A stretch of 64,000 nucleotides of DNA from Candidatus Latescibacterota bacterium (GTDB lineage: Bacteria; Latescibacterota; UBA2968; GCA-2709665), in assembly GCA_965208835.1 (NCBI GenBank), contig OZ242358.1, positions 1,312,001-1,376,000 of the forward strand. Reading direction: 5' to 3'. Shown here piece by piece: positions 9,916 to 18,687 of the stretch; position 1 is the first letter of the stretch; the number at the start of each line of letters is the position of its first letter. The notes under the pieces are model-generated. The model did no database searches, had not been told where the DNA came from, and saw only the letters and a program-made list of their open reading frames with translations. Both the position numbers and the translations under genes were made by a program.

Positions 9916-11283
9916 ATGTCCGAAAGACCCAATATACTGGTACTTATGTGCGACCAGCTGCGGCGCGACGCCCTGTCGATTCACGGCGACGTGAACCTGA
10001 AGACGCCGCATATCGACGGACTTGCGACGCGGGGCGTCAGATTCTCGAACGCCTGTTCGACCTATCCGATCTGCGTGCCGTTCCGATTCACGTTCATGAC
10101 GGGAGAGTACGCTCACAGCCGGAAGGTCCCCGGTATCGAGTACCGGATGTCACCCACGGAATACACGTTGGCCGATGCGTTCAACGAGGCGGGGTACGAA
10201 ACGGTATACGTGGGAAAGTGGCACCTGGACGGCGGTCACGGAAGAATGGGCTCCGCGCTCGAGTGCGGGCGTACGCCGGTGCCCCGGGCGTACCAGGGCC
10301 GGTGGGAGAAGTGGTTCGGATTCGAACTCAGAAACGCGCCCTTCGACACGTACTATTTCGAGGACGACGACCCGACGCCGCGGCCCGTTGAAGGCTATCA
10401 GACCGACGGATTGTACGATATCGGAATGAACTACCTTGCATCGGAGCGGGATTCGACGAGGCCCTTCTGTATGGTCATTTCGGTCGAGCCGCCGCACGAC
10501 CCGTTCGAAGCGCCGCCCGATATTCAGGCGGCATGGGAAGCCCGGGAGATTGAACTGCCACCCAATTTCGAGGCGTCCGACGCGGCGCGTTCCGAGGCAT
10601 TTTTGCTGGATCGCAAGCGCTATTACGCGATGGTGGAGAATCTGGATGGCAACGTCAAGCGGATGATGGACTTTCTGGAGGCGCAGGGCCTGGCGGAGAA
10701 TACCGTTGTGATGTTTGTCTCGGACCACGGCGAACTGGGCGGCAGCCACGGTCTGAAAGGGAAGCAGTGGCCGTACGAGGAGTCCGTGGGCATTCCCGCG
10801 ATAATCTTCGACCCCCGTTTTTCAGGTCGTGCGGGTGCCGCCATCGAGGATCCGATCTGCACGGAGGATTTTTTCCCGACGCTGCTGGGTCTGGCAGGGT
10901 TGACCCCCGGCGAACATCTGCCGGGCACGGACCTGTCTCCTCTGATTCGCGGAGAGATTGACTCGCTGGATCGGGAAGGCGTACTGCTGGAGTTTGTGGC
11001 GGAACTCCGAAAGGGAATGGCGTTCAACAGGTGGGTGTGGCGCGGGTTTCGCAGCAGGCGGTACAAGTATATCGTCCGTGGAGACAAAATGGGCGCGGGC
11101 GCGTGGCAGTTCTTCGATCTTGAAGCCGATCCGTACGAGCGGAGGAACCTGATCGATCACCCCGACTTCCAGGATGAAATCGCCCGGCACCACAGGCTTC
11201 TCAGGGAACGGCTGCTCGAGACCGGCGACCACTTTGTATTGCTGCCGGCGTTCGGTTGCGAGGGCGTGAACATGTGGCAATAG
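9916..11283 (+). CDS. Sulfatase (Cys-type, formylglycine-dependent)
   Basis: PNILVLMCDQLR, CVPFR (CxPxR), GKWHL, PPHDP and SDHG. Confidence 0.93.
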   Translation: MSERPNILVLMCDQLRRDALSIHGDVNLKTPHIDGLATRGVRFSNACSTYPICVPFRFTFMTGEYAHSRKVPGIEYRMSPTEYTLADAFNEAGYETVYVGKWHLDGGHGRMGSALECGRTPVPRAYQGRWEKWFGFELRNAPFDTYYFEDDDPTPRPVEGYQTDGLYDIGMNYLASERDSTRPFCMVISVEPPHDPFEAPPDIQAAWEAREIELPPNFEASDAARSEAFLLDRKRYYAMVENLDGNVKRMMDFLEAQGLAENTVVMFVSDHGELGGSHGLKGKQWPYEESVGIPAIIFDPRFSGRAGAAIEDPICTEDFFPTLLGLAGLTPGEHLPGTDLSPLIRGEIDSLDREGVLLEFVAELRKGMAFNRWVWRGFRSRRYKYIVRGDKMGAGAWQFFDLEADPYERRNLIDHPDFQDEIARHHRLLRERLLETGDHFVLLPAFGCEGVNMWQ

Positions 11284-11322
11284 TGTTTGGAACCGAAACC
11301 CCGGTTTGTCCGGCTGGATGAA

Positions 11323-12363
11323 TTAATCGTCCTGGAACCAGGCGCGAAAGGTGGGCTCGTATGGGGGTTGGGCCACGCCCTTCTCGGTGACGATGGCCGT
11401 GACCAGCCGTGCGGGCGTGACGTCGAAGGCCGGATTGTAGACATTGACGCCTCCCGGCGCGGTCTGTCTGCCCATGCCGCGGGTGACTTCTTCCGGTTTG
11501 CGTTCTTCGATGGGAATTTCCTCGCCGCGGGGCAGGGACATGTCGATGGTGGAGAGCGGGGCGGCGACGTAGAGGGGCACGTCGTGCTCCCGTGCCAGAA
11601 TGGCCAGTCCGTAGGTGCCGATCTTGTTGGCCACATCGCCGTTGGCGGCAATGCGGTCGGCGCCTACGATGACGCTGTCGATGTTCTTCTGACGCAGGAC
11701 CGACGCCGCCATACTGTCGCAGATCACCGTGACGTCGACGCCGCTCTGACGGAGTTCCCACGCCGTGAGCCGCGAACCCTGCAGCAGGGGGCGGGTTTCA
11801 TCGGCAAAAACCGCGACCTGTTTTCCGGCTTCAACCGCCGCGTAGATCACGGCCAGCGCCGTGCCGTAATCCGCGGTGGCCAGGGCGCCCGCGTTGCAGT
11901 GGGTGAGTACGGTGGCGCTGTGATTGAGCAGTTCTGCGCCGTTCTTTCCTATCTGCCTGCAGACCTTCCTGTCTTCCTCGAATATCTCCTGCGCTTCCTC
12001 CAGCAGCCGGTCCCGGATCTGAATGGGATGTTGATCGGCGACTTCGCTGAGCCGCCTGCCCATCCGGTCCAGCGCCCAGAAGAGATTCACGGCGGTGGGT
12101 CGGGTGCGAGCCAGTCTCTCAATTGCCTTCCTTGTCCCTGATACGACATCAGACCCGGCGTTCAGGGCCTCCCGCGCGCCGATGACAACACCGTACGCCG
12201 CGGCCACGCCGATCGCCGGAGCGCCCCGGACCCTGAGGCTTTCGATGGCTTCGGCAACGGTTTCCACGTCTCCGCAGTCGATCCGGACGTATCGTTCGGG
12301 CAGAACGGTCTGATCGATCAGACGGAGGGTATCATCTACCCAGGCGATGGTTGGAACAGGCAT
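11323..12363 (-). CDS. mtnA: S-methyl-5-thioribose-1-phosphate isomerase
   Basis: VRGAPAIG, TRPTAVNL, LTHCNAGALAT, ETRPLLQGSRLT and NKIGTY. Start placed at MPVPTIAW because the ORF-track extension is low-complexity repeat. Confidence 0.95.
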   Translation of the reverse strand: MPVPTIAWVDDTLRLIDQTVLPERYVRIDCGDVETVAEAIESLRVRGAPAIGVAAAYGVVIGAREALNAGSDVVSGTRKAIERLARTRPTAVNLFWALDRMGRRLSEVADQHPIQIRDRLLEEAQEIFEEDRKVCRQIGKNGAELLNHSATVLTHCNAGALATADYGTALAVIYAAVEAGKQVAVFADETRPLLQGSRLTAWELRQSGVDVTVICDSMAASVLRQKNIDSVIVGADRIAANGDVANKIGTYGLAILAREHDVPLYVAAPLSTIDMSLPRGEEIPIEERKPEEVTRGMGRQTAPGGVNVYNPAFDVTPARLVTAIVTEKGVAQPPYEPTFRAWFQDD

Positions 12364-12370
12364 CGGTCGT

Positions 12371-12537
12371 AGTGAGTAGCGAGGAGCGAGGTAAGAGGAG
12401 TGAGGAGTGAGAAGCGAGGAGTGAGGAAAGAGGAGTGAGGAGTGAGAGAAACCCACTTCTCTCCACTCTCTCCTCGCCTCTCTCTCTTTTCTCACTTCTC
12501 TCCACTCTCTCCTCGCCTTTCTTCACTCTCTCCTCTA
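12371..12537. repeat. Purine-rich heptamer tandem array (AGTGAGG-like) followed by a pyrimidine-rich arm
   Basis: About 11 units such as AGTGAGG/AGCGAGG, then a CT-rich arm containing CACTTCTCTCCACTCTCTCCTCGCCT twice. Confidence 0.85.
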
Positions 12538-12561
12538 TTCTGTTACCGCGACGCAAGGTCG

Positions 12562-12963
12562 TCAGGAAAGTTCCGCGGGACGTTCAACGGAGGATGCTTC
12601 GGCGAGTGAGGGGTCTTCTTCGATCTGTTCCGATGGGGCGTCGCCCCACAGGCGTTCGAGGCGATAGAACGCCCGCGCCCTGGGCTGGAAGATGTGCACG
12701 ACCACGTCGATGTAGTCAAACAGAACCCAGGTACGCGATTCCTGTCCCTCGATATGCCACGGACGGTAGCCCGCCGCTTTCGTGCCTTCCTGAAGCGCGT
12801 CCGCCAGGGCTTTGACGTGCACGCCCGAATTGCCGGTACAGATGATAAAATAGTCGGCGACATCGGAGACCGTGCGCAAATCGATCAGAAGAAGGTCTTC
12901 GCCCTTTCGGGACTGAAGGCATTCGATGCAGAGGTCCAGCATTTCACGTATCTGATTGGACAA
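12562..12963 (-). CDS. rsfS: Ribosome silencing factor RsfS (Iojap)
   Basis: KGEDLLLIDL, ADYFIICTG, WVLFDYIDVVVHIF and FYRLERLWGDA. Confidence 0.95.
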   Translation of the reverse strand: MSNQIREMLDLCIECLQSRKGEDLLLIDLRTVSDVADYFIICTGNSGVHVKALADALQEGTKAAGYRPWHIEGQESRTWVLFDYIDVVVHIFQPRARAFYRLERLWGDAPSEQIEEDPSLAEASSVERPAELS

Positions 12964-13007
12964 TTCGGTTCCGTTCCGTGACAGGACGACTGCTGTTGCG
13001 TTCGCGG

Positions 13008-13541
13008 CTATCGTCGCGGCCGGTCCGGGGGCAAGATACCCAGGCGTTCGTAATCCCTGCCTATAATGACCGCAACCTGCTCGATGCGATACGGGTCATG
13101 TACGATTTGTTGAATGTGCGTCCGAAGTCCCATCGCACCGGCCACCGTGCGGGCGTTTTCAAGCTTGCCGGCCCGGTCGATCACGATGGTTTCGGGATAG
13201 TTGAAGCTATCGGCATTTTTCCACGACATGACGTCGAAACCCGCTTCCCGCAGGTAACGCCCAACCTTTTCCGCGACCCCGGCAACGCCGCATCCGTTGA
13301 GTACTTCGATCCGGATCGCCTGAATCGTATCCGGCATGGTATTCGAGGAAAGTTCCCGTTTCGGCACGGGGAGAGATTCCGGGATCGGTACGGCGAGAGA
13401 TTCCGGCTTCGGCGCGGCGAAGGGTTCAGGATCTGATATGGCTGAAGGGGGTTCCGACGGCAGCCGTCGATGGATGTCGAAGACGGCAAACCCTGCAAAG
13501 GTCAACGCCCCCACAGCAAGCAGGATGATCTTCCGTGACAT
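13008..13541 (-). CDS. LytR C-terminal domain protein with N-terminal membrane anchor
   Basis: IEVLNGCGVAGVA...VAVIIGRDY; TM segment and Pro-rich linker; usual neighbour of rsfS. Confidence 0.85.
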   Translation of the reverse strand: MSRKIILLAVGALTFAGFAVFDIHRRLPSEPPSAISDPEPFAAPKPESLAVPIPESLPVPKRELSSNTMPDTIQAIRIEVLNGCGVAGVAEKVGRYLREAGFDVMSWKNADSFNYPETIVIDRAGKLENARTVAGAMGLRTHIQQIVHDPYRIEQVAVIIGRDYERLGILPPDRPRR

Positions 13542-13548
13542 CTGCTAT

Positions 13549-13647
13549 CAGTCCGTTGATAAAGTCGCTCTGCAGGCGAGTCCGAGCAACGCAGTATTTC
13601 GACCGCAAGGGCCGGCCGCAGCCCGGATGGACTTTTGCAACGGGCTG
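13549..13647 (+). mobile_element. MITE-like element family A, copy 1 (99 bp)
   Basis: Terminal inverted repeats CAGTCCGTTGATAAAGTC...GACTTTTGCAACGGGCTG; internal GCAACGCAGTATTTCGACCGCAAGGGCCGGCCG shared with the other copies. Confidence 0.8.
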
Positions 13648-13729
13648 CTGTGCCCCAAAAACGGAACGGGACACCGCCCGGCACGCCCGGACGCATGTCC
13701 CGTAAGAAAGAGTGACCCGGAGACGATTT

Positions 13730-14212
13730 TCAATGCCGAAATCGGCTGCCGGATCGATAATAGGGCGAATTGCTCAATTGGATTTCAATCTGGATGTTTT
13801 CCCTGGGCTGGTAGAACATGCCCACGTAGGGAATGACGAGCCTCGTGTTGTTACTGTTACCCAGCCCCGATCCGAAGGTGAAGCTGCCCTGGAGAACGTG
13901 TTCGAGGCCGACCTGCGCCTCGAACAGGAGGGGCTTCTTTGTATTCGCGCGGTAACTGATGGTATTCAGATAGTACTGGCTTGCGCCGCCGAAGGCGCCG
14001 GAGCGGAAGTTGAATCCGACCGTGTTCCTGAACGAAAGCCTGTCTGAGTCGAACAGACCCTTGAACTTCTCACCGAGTCCAAGAGGTTTGGGCGAAAAAT
14101 CGATTGTTTTCAGTGCGGGAAGTTTCGCCGGCTGAGGTTGGAGTAGCGGTTCAGCAGACGCCGAAGAGACTGCGAAAAACGAAATGGCCAGCATAATCAC
14201 AAGCATTTTCAT
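13730..14212 (-). CDS. Hypothetical secreted protein
   Basis: AGGAGG RBS; signal peptide MKMLVIMLAISFFAVSSASA; beta-strand-like mature region. Confidence 0.7.
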   Translation of the reverse strand: MKMLVIMLAISFFAVSSASAEPLLQPQPAKLPALKTIDFSPKPLGLGEKFKGLFDSDRLSFRNTVGFNFRSGAFGGASQYYLNTISYRANTKKPLLFEAQVGLEHVLQGSFTFGSGLGNSNNTRLVIPYVGMFYQPRENIQIEIQLSNSPYYRSGSRFRH

Positions 14213-14476
14213 CTGGTCTTCCTCCTGCATTCCCGGCATGTTACGCCGCATTCAATAAACGTGACAAAGAATACGATAATAAAAATGGCTTGTCAAGGGC
14301 TATTGGCTTCAATCGCCATACTACCTGTTGGACGTTTGAGACGTGAAAAGCGTTCCATAAAGCCTCTGGCGTTGTTGCCGCGCGGCTGGCAGGCTCTGAT
14401 TCTCGGGTGCCGCTTTGGTCCTTATACACCAAACATTGTCGTATGGACTCCCGTTCAAACGTCCCCGGACGGACAT

Positions 14477-15598
14477 CTACGCCTCCTCCATAAGTTCCAC
14501 AAACCGATCGAAGAGGTATTCGGCGTCGTGCGGACCCGCGGATGCTTCGGGGTGGTATTGTACGCAGAAGATGGGCAGGCGCTTGTGCCGCAACCCTTCC
14601 AGAGTGTTGTCATTCAGGTTGATGTGGGTGACTTCCACCTCGTGGTGGTCCAGCGAATCCGCGTCCACGGCGAAACCGTGGTTCTGGGACGTTATTTCCA
14701 CTTTGCCCGTATCCAGTTCCCGGACCGGCTGGTTGGCGCCGCGATGGCCGAATTTCAGTTTGTACGTCCGTCCGCCGAGCGCCAGACCCAGCAACTGATG
14801 GCCGAGGCAGATGCCAAAGGTCGGTCTGACACGCATAAGTGTACGGATGTTCTCCACCGCATAAGTAAGCGGCTCGGGGTCGCCCGGCCCGTTTGACAGG
14901 AAGACCCCGTCCGGGTCGATTTCCAGCAGCTGATCCGCCGGCGAGTCGGCCGGAAATACGGTGACGTCACAGCCGCGGCTGACGAGGTATCGCAGGATAT
15001 TCCGCTTGACGCCGAAATCGTAGACGGCCACGCGGAATCGGGGGTCTTTCCGGAGCGCTTCCGTCCGCCCGTTCTCATAATCGAACAGGCCTTCGGTCCA
15101 GCGGTAGGGTTCGCTGCAACTGGCCGCGCGGGCAAGGTCCCGTCCCACCATACCCGGCGAATTTCTGGCCTTTTCAACCAGGCTGTTCCGGTCCTGATCC
15201 AGGGTGGACAGGACACTCTTCATCGCGCCTTCGGTGCGGATGCGCCGGGTCAGCGCCCGGGTGTCGATCCCCTGTATGCCCAGGATGTCATTGCGTTTCA
15301 GGTAGTCGCCGAGTGATTCGCAAGAACGCCAGTTGCTGGGCAGTTCGCAATATTCCCTGACCACGAAACCCTCCACCTGGGGCCCGGCGGACTCCACGTC
15401 GTCAGGATTGACGCCGTAGTTTCCAATGAGGGGATAGGTCATGGCGACGATCTGACCCTTGTAGGACGGGTCAGTCAGGATTTCCTGGTACCCGGTGATG
15501 CTGGTATTGAATACGGCCTCGCCCACGCATTCACCGGGCGCGCCGAAGGACTCTCCCTCGTAGCAGGTTCCGTCTTCCAGGGCAAGTATTGCTTTCAT
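14477..15598 (-). CDS. carA: Carbamoyl-phosphate synthase small subunit
   Basis: [27 protein letters not shown] and QYHPEAS. Confidence 0.97.
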   Translation of the reverse strand: MKAILALEDGTCYEGESFGAPGECVGEAVFNTSITGYQEILTDPSYKGQIVAMTYPLIGNYGVNPDDVESAGPQVEGFVVREYCELPSNWRSCESLGDYLKRNDILGIQGIDTRALTRRIRTEGAMKSVLSTLDQDRNSLVEKARNSPGMVGRDLARAASCSEPYRWTEGLFDYENGRTEALRKDPRFRVAVYDFGVKRNILRYLVSRGCDVTVFPADSPADQLLEIDPDGVFLSNGPGDPEPLTYAVENIRTLMRVRPTFGICLGHQLLGLALGGRTYKLKFGHRGANQPVRELDTGKVEITSQNHGFAVDADSLDHHEVEVTHINLNDNTLEGLRHKRLPIFCVQYHPEASAGPHDAEYLFDRFVELMEEA

Positions 15599-15644
15599 GG
15601 ATGTGGGTCGCTCCTCGGGAGTGCCGGCACTCAGGTTTGTTTAA

Positions 15645-15968
15645 CAGTCCGTTGAAAACGTCGCTCTGAAGGCGAGGTATGGTGTCCCGTCCCGGAAATA
15701 TGTCACCATTCATCCGCCGATTCATCCCGTCTGGCGGCGTTGCCTTCGCTCGGTGACCTTTCGCAGGTCGCCTTGCTCAGACGCCTTGCCAGCCAGGCGA
15801 CTCGGCGTCCGAATTTCGGCAATCTATTTCCGGGTCGGAACACGTGCCATTGTGGGCGAAGACAAGGCGCGCAACCGAGTCCCATCCTTCGATTCGGCGA
15901 GGGCGCGCAACGCAGTATTTCGACCGCAAGGGCCGGCCGTAGTGCGGATGGACTTTTTCAACGGGCTG
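15645..15968 (+). mobile_element. MITE-like element family A, copy 2 (324 bp, longest)
   Basis: CAGTCCGTTGAAAACGTC...GACTTTTTCAACGGGCTG ends and the shared internal block; lies between pyrC and carA. Confidence 0.8.
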
Positions 15969-16005
15969 TCAATGGTCTCCGGTTCGCCGCCTCGCATTGG
16001 GCGCC

Positions 16006-17316
16006 TCAGGCCGTTTGATTTCCGTCGTCGTCCGGGTCGTGGGTCACGCGTCCTCCGAGAATCGTGAGGACTGCCCTGCCGATCAGCGTGTGCCCATGAA
16101 ACGGCGTGTTCCGGGACCTGGAGCGGAACGCACGGGCGTCGACGGTCCAGCTGAGCGATGGATCGATGACCGAGACATCTCCCGGCGCACCTGCAGACAG
16201 GGTGCCGCCGTCAATACCCAGGATCCGTGCGGGCGCCGCGGTAAGCATCCGTATTACGTCGGATGCGCAAAGGATGCCGGGTTCGACAAGATGGGTGAAA
16301 AAGGTCCCCACGGCGGTTTCCAGCCCCAGGATTCCGTTGGGCGCTTCGGGGAAACGCTGGAGTTTTTCCGAAACCGTGTGCGGCGCGTGGTCTGTGGCAA
16401 GTACATCGATGGTGCCGTCGGCGAGTCCCTCGAGCAAAGCGTCGCGATCGTCGGCCGAACGCAGCGGCGGGCTCATCTTGCCCTGCGTTCCGTAGACGGG
16501 CACGTCTTCGTCCGTCAGTGCGATGTGGTGCGGCGTGGCTTCGCATGTAACTTCCAGGTCCTCCGACTTGGCGCGGCGCACGAGATCCACGGCTCGCCGG
16601 ACGCTGATATGGAGAATGTGAAGGCGACCGCCAACCGAGCGCACCAGGTCGATGTCCCGCTCAACCATGGCCGCCTCGCCTTCAGCAGGCATACCACGTA
16701 TGTCCAGTTCGCGCGACACGGCGCCTTCGTGCATGTGCCCGCCCCTCGTGAGCGCGAAAACCTCCGAGTGCGGGCAGACGGGAAACCCGTGCCGTTCCGA
16801 CAGGCGCATGAGATCGCGCATGACGGCGTCGGATTCAATCGGCAGTCCATCGTCGGAGAATCCGACGGCGCCGGCGTCCAGAAGGGCGTCGATATTGGTG
16901 AGTTGCTCCCCGTCCATCCCTTTTGTCGCGCATGCAATCGGATAGACGCGCGCATCCGCATGCCGGGCCTTGTCCAGGATGTATTCGACAGTTTCGGGCG
17001 AATCGATCGGAGGGTCGGTGTTTGGCAGGCAGGCGACCGTGGTGAATCCGCCTGAAGCCGCGGCCCGGCACCCGGTTTCCACGGTTTCCTTCTCGGGGAA
17101 CCCGGGGTCCCGCAGGTGGACGTGCATGTCGATGAGTCCGGGGACGACCAGCATTCCGGTGACGTCGATGACTCGAGCGCCGGCAGGGGGTTCGATTCCT
17201 GCAGCAATACGGTCGATGAGTCCGTCGCGGATAAGAAGGTCCGCGGACGCGTCGACCGCGTTGGCGGGATCGATGATTCTTCCGTTCTTGAGAAGAATTG
17301 ACGTGGCTGGGACCAT
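16006..17316 (-). CDS. pyrC: Dihydroorotase
   Basis: DMHVHLRDPG, CLPNTDP, FSDDG, KMSPPLR and ATDHAPH. Confidence 0.95.
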   Translation of the reverse strand: MVPATSILLKNGRIIDPANAVDASADLLIRDGLIDRIAAGIEPPAGARVIDVTGMLVVPGLIDMHVHLRDPGFPEKETVETGCRAAASGGFTTVACLPNTDPPIDSPETVEYILDKARHADARVYPIACATKGMDGEQLTNIDALLDAGAVGFSDDGLPIESDAVMRDLMRLSERHGFPVCPHSEVFALTRGGHMHEGAVSRELDIRGMPAEGEAAMVERDIDLVRSVGGRLHILHISVRRAVDLVRRAKSEDLEVTCEATPHHIALTDEDVPVYGTQGKMSPPLRSADDRDALLEGLADGTIDVLATDHAPHTVSEKLQRFPEAPNGILGLETAVGTFFTHLVEPGILCASDVIRMLTAAPARILGIDGGTLSAGAPGDVSVIDPSLSWTVDARAFRSRSRNTPFHGHTLIGRAVLTILGGRVTHDPDDDGNQTA

Positions 17317-17490
17317 TAGACAACGGGGGTGCGACGGTGAGGAATTTTGAATGCAAAGTTACCGGCGGGGGCTGTTTCTGTCAAGCGGATTCCTCTTAAG
17401 AAAGGTGTATTGGCGTCACGCGGCTTGCTGTTTCGCAGGACGGTGCGTATCTTTCCCGGAAACGACGTCGAAAACGAATGGAGGCCTCCC

Positions 17491-18621
17491 ATGTTTTCCG
17501 TATTTCTGACTGCGTCGGTATTGATTGCGGTGCTGCTGGGTCCCGCATCGGCCATGGCTTCAACGGAGAAAGGTCCAATGCCGCCTTTTCGTACGTTGCC
17601 CGTACCTGAAGATTTGGAGATTTCATCAGAAGAGGATCGGGCATACCTGGAGAACGTGCTGAAGAGCATCTTCCCGGACGGAACCGGAGGATTGACGGAC
17701 GAGCAGAAAGGGATCGCGATTTTGCGTTACGCGTCGTCTGCTCTCGAACTGAAGAACAACGGCGGGTCCGCCACGAAGATCATAAAGGAGGGCTATGCGA
17801 TCTGCGGCGGGCTCTCGCACGTGCACCGGGTCCTCTGCCGGATGGTGGGGCTGCCTTCCCGGTACATCGGCGCGTTCAATCTCCGTCCGATCATGGGCAG
17901 CCACGCCATCAGCGAGGTGTACTACGACGGGAAATGGCATCTGCTGGACCCCACGTTCGGTCTGTTCTTCTATTCGAGAGAGAATTATGACGGCACGGGA
18001 GAAATCGCGTCCTTCCACGATCTCGTGATGGCGGCGGACCGTTGGACGGCCCTCAAGGTGGTCGAACGGCCGTGGATCGGACGGTACGACGATACGGTCC
18101 GGTCCCACGGGGTTACGGCCGTGGAGGCGGATTACCTGAAGGACAGGTACAAGACGCCGATCCTGGATCTCTACCGGAAATACCTCGCGGAGACATTTCC
18201 GATCGCCTACGGACACAACGACCCGGTGTCCTATCCCGTCGACGCGGACCTGGAAACACAGGAAGAGATGTGGATCGGCGAAGCGGACGGGAGTAACGGC
18301 GACGTCCTGAGATTGGTGACGAACGGATCCGCTTACGTGGGCGGCCACTACCTGGGTGGGTCGTATCCGCCCGGCTTCCATACATGGTCGGTCAGAACCC
18401 CGGGGCCGTGTCGTATACAGATCGAATATTTCAGTACGCACGACAACCCGCCCGTACTCAAGCTGTCTCCGCTGAAGTCGGCGCGAATTGTCTCGGTGCG
18501 CAAGGAGGACAAAAAGGTCGTCCTCGACCTTCAGGCAATCGGGCCGGAGGTTATTGTGTCTGTCTATTGCCCTGAAGGCACGTTTGCCGTGGATGCGATC
18601 AGGGCGGCGCGCATCCGCTGA
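17491..18621 (+). CDS. Secreted transglutaminase-like (papain-fold) domain protein
   Basis: Signal peptide; triad-like motifs AICGGL, SHAISEVY and WHLLDPT. Confidence 0.75.
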   Translation: MFSVFLTASVLIAVLLGPASAMASTEKGPMPPFRTLPVPEDLEISSEEDRAYLENVLKSIFPDGTGGLTDEQKGIAILRYASSALELKNNGGSATKIIKEGYAICGGLSHVHRVLCRMVGLPSRYIGAFNLRPIMGSHAISEVYYDGKWHLLDPTFGLFFYSRENYDGTGEIASFHDLVMAADRWTALKVVERPWIGRYDDTVRSHGVTAVEADYLKDRYKTPILDLYRKYLAETFPIAYGHNDPVSYPVDADLETQEEMWIGEADGSNGDVLRLVTNGSAYVGGHYLGGSYPPGFHTWSVRTPGPCRIQIEYFSTHDNPPVLKLSPLKSARIVSVRKEDKKVVLDLQAIGPEVIVSVYCPEGTFAVDAIRAARIR

Positions 18622-18687
18622 ACAAGCGCGTCCGCGGATCCGCGACAGGACCTCACAGGCGAGCCCCTTCCACAATGGAGCCAGATA

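Noticed and set aside
12364-12495. N-terminal extension of MtnA in the ORF track
   Set aside because: It is the translation of a heptamer repeat tract; homology begins at MPVPTIAW.
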